Below are positions 30,548 to 39,780 of a DNA stretch of 64,000 bases, in pieces. The stretch comes from an uncultured Chloroflexia bacterium. GTDB lineage: Bacteria; Chloroflexota; Limnocylindria; QHBO01. The number at the start of each line of letters is the position of its first letter. Position 1 is the first letter of the stretch. The stretch covers positions 1 through 64,000 of the forward strand of contig CAWFCQ010000004.1 of assembly GCA_963814375.1 (NCBI GenBank). Direction: 5' to 3'. A program made the translations under genes and the position numbers. Under the pieces are notes generated by a model, which made no database searches, was not told where the DNA came from, and was given only the letters and a program-made list of their open reading frames with translations.

Positions 30548-32155
30548 ATGCCTCCGAAGGCCAGGGCGCGCGAGAATCCGGTCGAGCTCGTCGAGCTGCG
30601 CGTGCTGGATGGGCCGAACCGGTTCTTCACGCGCCCCGCCGTGAAGCTCGAGTTCTCCGCCGATGAGCCCGGCCGCGCCGAAGCCGTTGCCGCGCGAGCC
30701 GCGAAGGCGGTGCTGTTCCTCAACGAATCGCTGGGCCTGCCCGAACCGCGGATCGCGACCCGCCACTCCGTCGACCGGACGCGCACCGCGATCGCCTTCC
30801 CGTGGCGACGTCGCACGATCTCGCAGTCGGTCGCTGCCGCCGCCGCTCGCCTGGCGCTCGGCCGGTCGAGCAGGCCGCGTGAGCTCGCCGGTCTGCGCGC
30901 CGTCGCCCTCGGACCGATGCCGAACCTCGTCCGTCCGCGCATCCCGATCGTCGCGGTAACCGGGACGAACGGGAAGAGCACGACGACGCGGCTGATCGCG
31001 CACATCTGCACCGCCGCCGGGCGCAGGGTGGGGATGACGAACTCGGACGGCATCTATGTCCGCGGCGAGCTCGTCGAGGCGGGGGACTGGACCGGATTCG
31101 GCGGCGCATCCCGGGTGCTGGCCGAGCAGAAGCTCGACGTCGCGATCCTCGAGACCGCGCGCGGCGGCATCCTGCTGCGCGGCATCGGTTACACCGCGAA
31201 CGACGTGAGCGTGGTCACCAACGTGAGCGCCGACCACCTCGGCCTCCAGGGGATCGACACGGTCGACGAGCTGGCCGAGGTGAAGGCGACGATCGTCCGC
31301 ATCACGAAGCGCGACGGCTGGGCCATCCTCAACGCCGACGACCCCCGCGCCTGGGCGATGCGTCGCGAGACTCGCGCACGCCGCTACGCCTTCAGCCTCG
31401 AGGGGCGGACGCCGGAGGTCGAGCAGGCCCTCGACCGCGGTGGGCGGGCCGCGACGTTCGAAAAGGGCTGGCTCGTGCTGCGCGCGGCCGGCCGCCGCCC
31501 CCGCAAGCTGGTCGAAGCTGTCGACCTGCCGGTCACGTTCGCCGGCCTCTCGCGCTACAACATCGCCAACGCCCTCGCCGCCGCGGCGGCGTGCGACGCG
31601 CTCGGCCTGAGCACCCGCACCATCCGGACGGGGCTGCGGACCTTCGCCCAGGACGCCGAGGCCAACCCGGGACGCCTCAACCTGTACGAACGGCGCGGGG
31701 TCTTCGCCCTCGTGGACTTTGCGCACAACGAGGCCGGGATGGTCGGACTGATGGAGGTGGCGAAGACCGTCTCCGCCGCCGGCGGAGGTCAGGTGCGGCT
31801 CGGCTTCGGCACCGCCGGCGACCGGACCGACGAGATCCTGCATCGGCTCGGCGTCATCGGCGGAGGGGCCGACGACCTCGTCATCGCCGAGAAGCGCCAC
31901 TACCTCCGCGGCCGTGAGCTCGAGGAGATGAACGAGATCCTGCGCGACGGCGCGCGCGAGGGGGGCTACACCGGCGAGATCGAGGCGATCGAGTCCGAGC
32001 TGGGCGCGCTCCGGACGCTCCTCGCGCGCTCACGTAAGGGCGACGTCGCCGCGGTCATGGCGCACGTCGAGCGCAGGGAGCTGTTCGAGTGGCTGGAGGG
32101 AGAGGGCTTCGCGCCGGTCGAGCTCGATCGGCTGCGCGAGCTGGTACGGAGCTAG
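30548..32155 (+). CDS. Shortened cyanophycin synthetase paralogue: N-domain-like region plus Mur-ligase (M) domain, no ATP-grasp (G) domain
   Basis: ELRVLDGPNRFFTRPAVKL resembles the CphA N-terminus; RIPIVAVTGTNGKSTT, ETARGGILL, TNVSADHLG, NADDP, NPGRLN, DFAHN, TAGDR; only about 130 aa precede the P-loop. Confidence 0.8.
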   Translation: MPPKARARENPVELVELRVLDGPNRFFTRPAVKLEFSADEPGRAEAVAARAAKAVLFLNESLGLPEPRIATRHSVDRTRTAIAFPWRRRTISQSVAAAAARLALGRSSRPRELAGLRAVALGPMPNLVRPRIPIVAVTGTNGKSTTTRLIAHICTAAGRRVGMTNSDGIYVRGELVEAGDWTGFGGASRVLAEQKLDVAILETARGGILLRGIGYTANDVSVVTNVSADHLGLQGIDTVDELAEVKATIVRITKRDGWAILNADDPRAWAMRRETRARRYAFSLEGRTPEVEQALDRGGRAATFEKGWLVLRAAGRRPRKLVEAVDLPVTFAGLSRYNIANALAAAAACDALGLSTRTIRTGLRTFAQDAEANPGRLNLYERRGVFALVDFAHNEAGMVGLMEVAKTVSAAGGGQVRLGFGTAGDRTDEILHRLGVIGGGADDLVIAEKRHYLRGRELEEMNEILRDGAREGGYTGEIEAIESELGALRTLLARSRKGDVAAVMAHVERRELFEWLEGEGFAPVELDRLRELVRS

Positions 32156-32161
32156 CCGCCT

Positions 32162-34976
32162 TCAGAGCTCGAGGTCGACCTCGTCGTCCGAGTCGAGGAC
32201 GCCGACCACGGCGCTGAGCCCATCGGTCTCGCTGGCGCCACCGTGCTGGCGACGCTGGAGCTCCTTCCAGATCTGGTTGGCGTGATCAACGCACACGACC
32301 ACGACGTCGCCGTCGCCGGCACGGTCGAGGGCCTCGCGCGTCGCCTCCAGCTCCTCGAGGATGGTCGAGACCGAGGTCGTGCGCGTGTCGGGACCGGCCG
32401 CCTCGATCCCCTCGGTGATGAGCTCGGCGGTGCCGCCGCGCGGCCGTCCGCGGTTGTTCTCGTCCTCGCGGACGATGATCTCGTCGAAGTGCCCCGCCGC
32501 AACCCGTCCGAGCTCGCGGATGTCCTCGTCGCGCCGGTCGCCGGCGGTGGCGATGACCGCGATGCGCCGGCCGGTGACCGGTGCCCGCGCCCCGCCCGGT
32601 GACGGCTGGGTGAGCTGCTCGACGAACTGGCCGAGCGCATCGAGCGCCGGCGGGTTGTGCGCGTAGTCGACCACGACCCGGTAGCCGTCGAGCTCGAACA
32701 TGTTCAGCCTGCCGGGCGCCATGTAGTACGAGGTCGTGAACGTCCGAAGCCCCTGGCGGATGTCGTGGAGGTGCGCACCGGCGGCCCATGACGCGGCCGT
32801 CGCGGCGAGGGCGTTCTGGACGTTCATCCTGGCTCGCCCCTCGAAGGTGGCCGGGATGAGATGCGTCCAGACAAGCGCCATCGACTTGCGGCCCTGGCGC
32901 AGGACGATCATCTCGCCGTTGCGCCCCTGCTCGAGGGTCACCGCGCGTCGGTTGCGCGCTGCCTGGAACTTCAGCCGCTCGTGCTCGGGGTCCATGCTGA
33001 AGTAGACGACCGATCCGGAGCAGTGCCGCGACATCGCGGCGACGAGCGGGTCATCGGCGTTGAGGACGGCCACGCCGTCACGCGGCACAGCCTCGACCAC
33101 GACCCGCTTTACCTCGGCCAGCTGCTTGATGCTGTGGATCCCGCCGAGGCCGAGGTGGTCGCCCGTGACGTTGAGCACGACCGCGACGTCATTGCGCTGG
33201 TAGCCGAGGCCCTCGCGCAGGATTCCGCCGCGGGCCACCTCGAACACGGCGAAGTCGACGGTGGGGTTCTGGAGGACCATCGAGGCGGACTTCGGCCCGG
33301 AGGAATCGGCGCGGCGCACGATCCGGCCGTCGACGTAGATGCCATCGGTGCTGGTGAGCCCGACCTTGCGGCCCATCCCCTTCATGATGTGGCTGATCAT
33401 CCGGGTCGTCGTCGTCTTGCCGTTGCTGCCGGTCACGGCGACGATCGGGATGCGCGCATCGGCCCCGGGCGGGAAGAGCATGTCGATCACCGGCTTGGCG
33501 ACGTACTGCGACTCGCCCTCGGTGGGGTGGGTGTGCATCCGGAAGCCGGGTGCGGCGTTGACCTCCACGATCCCGCCGCCGGTCTCGCGCACCGGCAGCG
33601 ACACGTCCGGGCAGATGAGGTCGATGCCAGCGATGTCGAGGCCCACGACGCGGGCGGCGAGCTCGGCCAGCTCGACGTTGTCGGGATGCGCCTCCTCGGT
33701 GCGGTCGATGCTGATGCCGCCGGTGCTCATGTTTCCGGTGCGCTTGAGGTAGACGCGCTGCCCGCGGGGTGGTGCATCGACCAGCTCGAAGCCCTGCTCG
33801 CGGGTGTACCCGATCGCCTCATCGTCGACCTTGATGCGAGTCAGCACCTTCTCGTGGCCGATGCCGCGGCGCGGGTCCGCGTTCGTGATCTCGATCAGCT
33901 CGGCGACGGTGTGCTTGCCGTCGCCCTCGACGTGGGCGGGCACGCGCTGGGCGACTGCCCGCAGCACGCCGCCGACGACCAGGCACCGGTAGTCATTCCC
34001 GGTGAGGTACGTCTCGACCACGACGCTGCCGCCACGGCTCTGCGACCTCGCCATGCGGAACCCGTCGCGCACGGCGTCGTCGTCGGCCAGGTTGAGCATG
34101 ACGCCGCGTCCGTGATTGCCGTCGAGCGGCTTGACCGCCACCGGAAAGCCGATGCGCCGCGCGGCGGCGATCGCCGCCTCCTCGTTGCGCACCACCTGCG
34201 AGCGGGGGACGGGAACGCCGGTCGCCGCGAGCAGCCGGTTCGTCAGCTTCTTGTCCGACGCGATGTCGACGCCCAGCGAACCGGTCCCGCTCGTCATCGT
34301 GGCCCGGATCCGCTTCTGATGGATGCCGTGGCCGAGCTGGATGAGCGACTGATCGTTGAGGCGGATGAAGGGGATGTCGCGCAACGCCGCCTCGTCGAGG
34401 ATGGCCTGGGTCGACGGGCCGAAGGCGGATCGCTCCGCCAGCAGGATGAGCGCCTCCAGCTCGGCGACGAAGTCGAAGTCCGGCTCCGCCTGGACGAGGT
34501 GGTTGACGAGCCGAACGGCGAGCTTGCCCGGCGGCGACGCCGACGGCCTCCTCCGCGTACGAGTAGACGACGTGGTACTGCCCGGGATCGCCGGTTCCGC
34601 GGGTCTTGCCACGGCCGACCTCGGTGCCGGTCTCGCGCTGGAGCTGGAGGGCGATGTGCTCGGCGACGTGGCCCGCCCACGTGCCCTCGCGCAGCCGATC
34701 CGTGAAGCCTCCCGGCCGCCCCGTCCCGCAGGTGTGCTGCCCGACGCCGGGCAGCATCGTGAGCAGCCCCTCGGTGAAGCCGGGGATCGTGTTCGATGGG
34801 AAGTGCTCGAGCACGCCGAGGTCGACGACGAGCTTGATGGCGGGGCTGTAGTTCCAGTAGTTCGGCCCGCGGAAGACGCGGGTCTCGACGATCGTGAGCT
34901 CGGGCATGGGCTTCGCGCCCGCCGGTGCGCTGGCGACGCGCCGCTCGCGCGCCTTCGCGCGTCCGGTCGTCGTCAT
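32162..34976 (-). CDS. cphA: Cyanophycin synthetase (frameshift at ~34528, probable sequencing error; start 34976 or 34907)
   Basis: RVFRGPNYW, C-x19-HVAEH, GPSTQAI, QLGHG, KPLDGNHGRGV, NMSTGG, EVNAAPGFRMH, VTGSNGKTTT, ARGGILREGL, DHLG, PGRLN, DYAHN. Confidence 0.95.
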
Positions 34977-35965
34977 TCGCTCGCCTCCTCGTCGACCCGC
35001 CGAGCGCGAAGGGCTCGCCGACGGGCACGCTCAGGGGCCGTGTCGTCGGCACCCTCTGCGGCGATGCTGCGGATCAGCTTCCGCGTCCGGGTCGTCGCCG
35101 CCTGGAGGCTTGCCAGCTCGCGGTCGGTGGCGCTCACCGGTCGCAGCGGCGCCATGAGCTTCCGCGCTTTGAGGTCGAAACGGTAGCCGGACGGCAGCGA
35201 GTGCAGGGTCACGCCGGAGACCATGATCGGCCGATAGCGCTTCACCTCGTACGCATCGGTGTGGATATGAGCCGGGTCGAGAATGGTCACCGATCCCTTG
35301 CCGAGCACCTCGAGGATGCCCTTCGGGCTCACCAGCGCCGCCGTGTCCTCGTCGATGCCGATGCCGAGCAGCGACGGCGACTGCGCCACGAGCGCCAGCA
35401 GCCGGCCGAATCGGTTGCGCTGCTCGAAATGCTGATCGATGAGGACGCCCGGCAGCAGCGCGAGGCCGGCGCTCATCTGGGTCATGCGCTGCTTCGGCGT
35501 CGCGCCGCTGGTGCCGAAGGCGACCATGTGGCTGGCGATGGCGGAGGCCCCGGCGCTCGTTCCCGCCACCATGGCCCCGCGACGGTGCCGCTCGACGATC
35601 GCGCGACCGAGCGCCGTGCCGCCGATGACGCTCGAGAGCCGCAGCTGGTTGCCGCCGGTCATGAAGATCGCGGTCGCGTCCTCGACCATCGCCGCGATGC
35701 GCTCGTCGTTGGCGTCGTCCCGCACGAGGGGACGCATGCCACGAACGTCGGCGATGCCCATCTGGCGGAAGAGGGAGAGGTACAGCTCGGTGGCCTCGTC
35801 GCCGAGCGAGGAGGCGGTCGAGATCACGACGACGCGCGCGTCGCTCCCACCGGCGAGGCTCACGAAGCGCGCCAGGATCTGGCGCTGGCGGAGCTTGTCC
35901 TCGGCGCCGCCGATGAGGAGGAGGTGTCCGGCCCGGGCCTGCCCGGGGCTGGGCGTGGCAGGCAT
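34973..35965 (-). CDS. cphB: Cyanophycinase (peptidase S51)
   Basis: LIGGAEDK, FMTGGNQLRL, catalytic AGTSAGA, IDQHFEQRNRFGRL, GIGIDEDT; ATGA overlap with cphA. Confidence 0.93.
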   Translation of the reverse strand: MPATPSPGQARAGHLLLIGGAEDKLRQRQILARFVSLAGGSDARVVVISTASSLGDEATELYLSLFRQMGIADVRGMRPLVRDDANDERIAAMVEDATAIFMTGGNQLRLSSVIGGTALGRAIVERHRRGAMVAGTSAGASAIASHMVAFGTSGATPKQRMTQMSAGLALLPGVLIDQHFEQRNRFGRLLALVAQSPSLLGIGIDEDTAALVSPKGILEVLGKGSVTILDPAHIHTDAYEVKRYRPIMVSGVTLHSLPSGYRFDLKARKLMAPLRPVSATDRELASLQAATTRTRKLIRSIAAEGADDTAPERARRRALRARRVDEEASE

Positions 35966-36020
35966 GGCGCGCAGCATAGCGAACTCCGGTTCGGGCCACG
36001 CCGACGCTAGACTCGGAAGG

Positions 36021-37154
36021 ATGCCCGCGACGAACGGGATGCGTACCCAGCCGCGCGACTTCTACGAGGTCCTCGGCGCCGAACCATCCGCTTCCACCGA
36101 TGCGTTACGCACCGCGTTCCGCGAGGCGGTCCTGCGTCATCACCCCGACCGAGCCCCCTCGTCGGAGATCGCCACGCGGAGGACCTCGATCCTCAACCGG
36201 GCCTGGGCCGAGCTGCGCGACCCGGTGCGCCGGCTCCACTACGACCACGCGCTCGAGTCCGGCTCGGCGACGATCCTCGATTGGCCGCTGGACGTCGGCG
36301 AGGCGGAGAAGCCGTCGCGTCGCCGGCCGCAACGCGTGCTCCCCGGGCAGCCGAGCCCGTGGCACCAGCCGCAGTGGCGCTCGGTCGCCGGCTTCCGGGT
36401 GCCTGCCGAGATCTTCCTGGCCGGCCCCGTGGTCCAGGAGCGCTGGATCGTCGAGAACCACATCGCCGGCGAGGACTGGCACGAGCACACGGAGCGCTAC
36501 TGGCTGCGCTTCGCCGCGCGTCACTACGCCGAGCGCGGCCGGATCGACGACTGGCTCGGGGCGCTCGAGCGGATGCTCGAGCAGGACCCGCCGCTGGCCG
36601 AGATCGTGGACGTCGGCCTGCGCGAGGCCTACATCGCCGCCGGGGAGGAGCTGCGCGGCGCGATGGTGGTGGCGGGGATCGCGGAGCGCCACCCCGCCGG
36701 CACGCCGCAACGCCGATGGGCGGAGCGGGAGCTGCGCGTCCTCCTCGGCGAGTACCGTGACCAGCACGTTCGCCGCGGGCCCGCTGCGCTGCGAGCCGAA
36801 AACGCCGAGCTGCTGCTCAACTTCCTCGAGTCGCTCGGCCTCGAGCCGAGCTTCACCGACTACCGCGCCGCGATCGTCGCGCACCGCCGGGCCAAGCACG
36901 CCGGACGCGCCGGTGAGCTGGTCGAGCGCGTCATGGACGCGCCGATCGAGGAACCCGGGCGACGCTTCAGCCTCGTCCAGCTCCTGACGGAGGCGGGTCA
37001 GCTCGACCGCGCCTCGACGCTCCTGGCGCGGATTGCTCGCGGCGACTATCCCGACTCTCTCGATCCGGCGCGCGTCACGAACCCGTGGCGACGGATCAGC
37101 GCCGCGCGCGAGCGACTCGCCCGGGCTCGCCGTCGCCTGGCTCCGACCGCGTGA
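36021..37154 (+). CDS. DnaJ (J-domain) protein with helical, possibly TPR-like C-terminal region
   Basis: RDFYEVLG..LRHHPDR..LNRAWAELRDPVRR..YD; -10 TAGACT 7 nt before ATG 36021. Confidence 0.75.
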   Translation: MPATNGMRTQPRDFYEVLGAEPSASTDALRTAFREAVLRHHPDRAPSSEIATRRTSILNRAWAELRDPVRRLHYDHALESGSATILDWPLDVGEAEKPSRRRPQRVLPGQPSPWHQPQWRSVAGFRVPAEIFLAGPVVQERWIVENHIAGEDWHEHTERYWLRFAARHYAERGRIDDWLGALERMLEQDPPLAEIVDVGLREAYIAAGEELRGAMVVAGIAERHPAGTPQRRWAERELRVLLGEYRDQHVRRGPAALRAENAELLLNFLESLGLEPSFTDYRAAIVAHRRAKHAGRAGELVERVMDAPIEEPGRRFSLVQLLTEAGQLDRASTLLARIARGDYPDSLDPARVTNPWRRISAARERLARARRRLAPTA

Positions 37155-37215
37155 TGCCTCCGTCATCGGATGCTAGGCTCGGGGCGCCCATCGCCGGTGG
37201 AGGCGCGCTGACCTC

Positions 37216-38670
37216 TTGAACCTCATTCGCAGGGTCCCGCGTGCCGTCATCGGCGCTGTCATCGGCATCGCGGCCGCGCTCTTTGGCGCGTGGCTGATGG
37301 GAGAGGCCGGCGGCCATTTGCCGTTCACCGTGCTCCTCGTCCTGGCGATCGCGGTCACGGGTCTCATGCTCGGCGCCACGGCTGCCCTCTTCGCGTACGT
37401 CGCCGGGGCCGCGACGATCGCCGTCGTCCTCCTGACCGAGCCGGTGCTCGAGTTCAGCCAGAGCGACTGGGTGCGTCTCTTCGCGTTCGTCCTGGGATCG
37501 CCGGCGATCGTCTTCCTCGTCAGCCGCGCCGAGGGAGCGCGGCGGGCCGCGGCGGAGGCGCTGGCCGCGAGCCGCTCGGCCGAGGATCGGGTCGAGGCCG
37601 AGCGCCAGCGCGTCGAGGCGGCGCGCGAGGAGACCACCACCGCGCTCGGCGCAGTCGAGCACGAGCGCGCGCGCCTCGCCGAGGTCGCCGAGTCGATCCC
37701 GGAGCCGCTGATCGTGTACGACGAGACGCCGCGTGGCACGTACGGCAACCGCGCGGCGCTGCGCATCTTCGGACGGAGCTTCGTCGAGCGACCGCTGGAC
37801 GAGTGGGGTCGGTCCACCGAGCCGCGCGACGAGCATGGCCGCTCGATCGAGCGCCGCTTCTGGCCGCAGGTCATCGGCCAGACGGAGGCGTTTCGGCAGC
37901 GGTTCATGCTCAGGATCCCGATGTCCGGCCGGGACGTGCTCGTCGACGTCGAGGGAACGCCGATCCCGGGCGGCGGCACCGTGCTTCTCCTCCGCGACGT
38001 CGGCAAGGAGGAGGACGAGCGACGACGGCTGTCGCGATTCGCGAGCTTCGTCGCGCACGAGCTGCGCAATCCGCTCGCGGTCGCCAAGGCGCGCATCGAG
38101 CTGGCGCAGCGCCAGGCCGGCGTTCCGCCCAGGGCCGCCAACCATGGCGTGCGGGCGCTCGAGTCGGTCGACGCCGCGATCGGCATCCTCGAGCGCCTCG
38201 AGCTCTACTCGCGCGCCGACAGCGGCACCGTCGAGGCGACGCGCGAGCCGTTCGAGCTGGCGCCGGCCCTGGGTGCCGCCATCGAGCGCCTCCGCACGCG
38301 TGGCTCGGAGCGGGAGGTACTGGTCACGCTCCCGGCGGGCATCCAGGTCACCGGCGACCGCACGCTCAGCGAGCAGGCGATCACGAACCTGCTCACCAAC
38401 GCCGATCGCTACTCGACCGCGGCCGAGCCGATCGAGGTGGTCGTGGAGGACGGTGATACGGTCACCCTGCGCGTGTGCGATGCCGGTCCCGGCATTGCCG
38501 ACGATGTCGCCAGCCTTCTCTTCACCGACCGGGTCGCGGCCGGTCGCGGGCTCGGCCTCGGTCTCTATCTTGTCCACGCCTCGATGGAGGCGATGGGAGG
38601 CTCGGTCAGCCTGGAGCAGCGCCGGCCGAGCGCGATCTTCGCGCTTCGCTGGCCGGCCGCCGACGCGTGA
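37216..38670 (+). CDS. Membrane sensor histidine kinase with coiled coil and PAS-like region
   Basis: About 4 TM helices; H-box FVAHELRNPL, N-box NLLTNADRY, DAGPGI, GLGLGLY. Confidence 0.88.
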   Translation: MNLIRRVPRAVIGAVIGIAAALFGAWLMGEAGGHLPFTVLLVLAIAVTGLMLGATAALFAYVAGAATIAVVLLTEPVLEFSQSDWVRLFAFVLGSPAIVFLVSRAEGARRAAAEALAASRSAEDRVEAERQRVEAAREETTTALGAVEHERARLAEVAESIPEPLIVYDETPRGTYGNRAALRIFGRSFVERPLDEWGRSTEPRDEHGRSIERRFWPQVIGQTEAFRQRFMLRIPMSGRDVLVDVEGTPIPGGGTVLLLRDVGKEEDERRRLSRFASFVAHELRNPLAVAKARIELAQRQAGVPPRAANHGVRALESVDAAIGILERLELYSRADSGTVEATREPFELAPALGAAIERLRTRGSEREVLVTLPAGIQVTGDRTLSEQAITNLLTNADRYSTAAEPIEVVVEDGDTVTLRVCDAGPGIADDVASLLFTDRVAAGRGLGLGLYLVHASMEAMGGSVSLEQRRPSAIFALRWPAADA

Positions 38671-39780
38671 GCCCGGATCCGCACCGGCTCCTCCGTCACC
38701 CCGGTCCGGTCGACCCGTATCCGCTCGAGCCCTCGGACGCCGAGCTCGCCGCCTCGGTCGGAATCCCGGTCGATCGGATCGTCCGCTACGACCTCAACAC
38801 CCTGGGCGGCGGGCCCCTGCCAGGTGTGCGCGAGGCCCTGGCGGGGCTCGACCCGGGACGGGCCGTCGAGTACGGCGATCTCGCGTATCGGGATCTGCGA
38901 GCGGCCATCGCTGGCGCGGTCGGAGTCTCGCCGGCGCGAGTGATCCCCGGCGCGGGCGCGGACGAGCTCATCCGGCTCGTCACGACGAGCGTCGTGGGTC
39001 CCGGCGACGCCGTCGTCATCCCGACGCCCACCTTCCCGATGTTCGCCGTCGAGGCAGGGCTCGCCGATGCCCGCGTCGTGGTGGTGCCTCGGTCGCGCCC
39101 CGCCGAGCAGCAGCCCGCCGAGCGGATCCGCGCGACGGCCGAGCGGGAGGGCGCGCGCCTCGTCTGGATCTGCTCGCCGAACAATCCGACCGGCGACGCG
39201 TACCGCCTCGACGACCTCCGCACCGTGGCCGCCGGGCTCGAGGCGATGGTCGTCGTCGACCAGGTCTACCTCGACTTCGCGATCGCGGCCGGCGCGGGCG
39301 GACTCGATGCGCTCGACGCTGTCTCCCGAGCTGGACAACGTGATCGTCCTGCGCTCGCTGGCCAAGTCACATGGCCTCGCCGGCGCCCGCATCGGCTACA
39401 TGGTCGTCCCCGAGGCCCTTGCCACGCGCTTCGACGCGCTGCGGCTGCCGCTCGCGGTGGGGTTCGCCACCGAGGCGCTCGCCATCGGCGCACTGGCCGA
39501 TGCGGATGCGGCCGCAACCCGCCACGTCGAGATCATGCGCGAGCAGCGCCGCCTGTCCGCCGCGCTCCGCGAGCTGGGCTGCGAGGTCCTCGAGGGCCTC
39601 GGCAACTTCGCGACATTCCGACCGCCCGATGCCGCCGGCCTGGCTGACGAGCTCCTGCGGCGCGGCTGCGTGGTTCGAGCCTACGAAGCTGGTCTGATGG
39701 CCGGCTGGTGCCGGGCCACGGCGCGGGCCGCAGATGAGAACGATCGGCTGATCGCCGCCCTGCGCGAGCTGCTCGGCTAG
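38667..39780 (+). CDS. hisC: Histidinol-phosphate aminotransferase-like PLP enzyme (frameshift at ~39326)
   Basis: DLNT, GAGADELI, PTFPMF, CSPNNPTG, VVDQVY; next frame VLRSLAKSHGLAGARIGY, GNF. Confidence 0.75.

Noticed and set aside
34500-34560. Programmed frameshift or naturally split cphA
   Set aside because: No slippery heptamer seen; the same GGC to GGGC change occurs in lipA and the M16 gene, pointing to sequencing error
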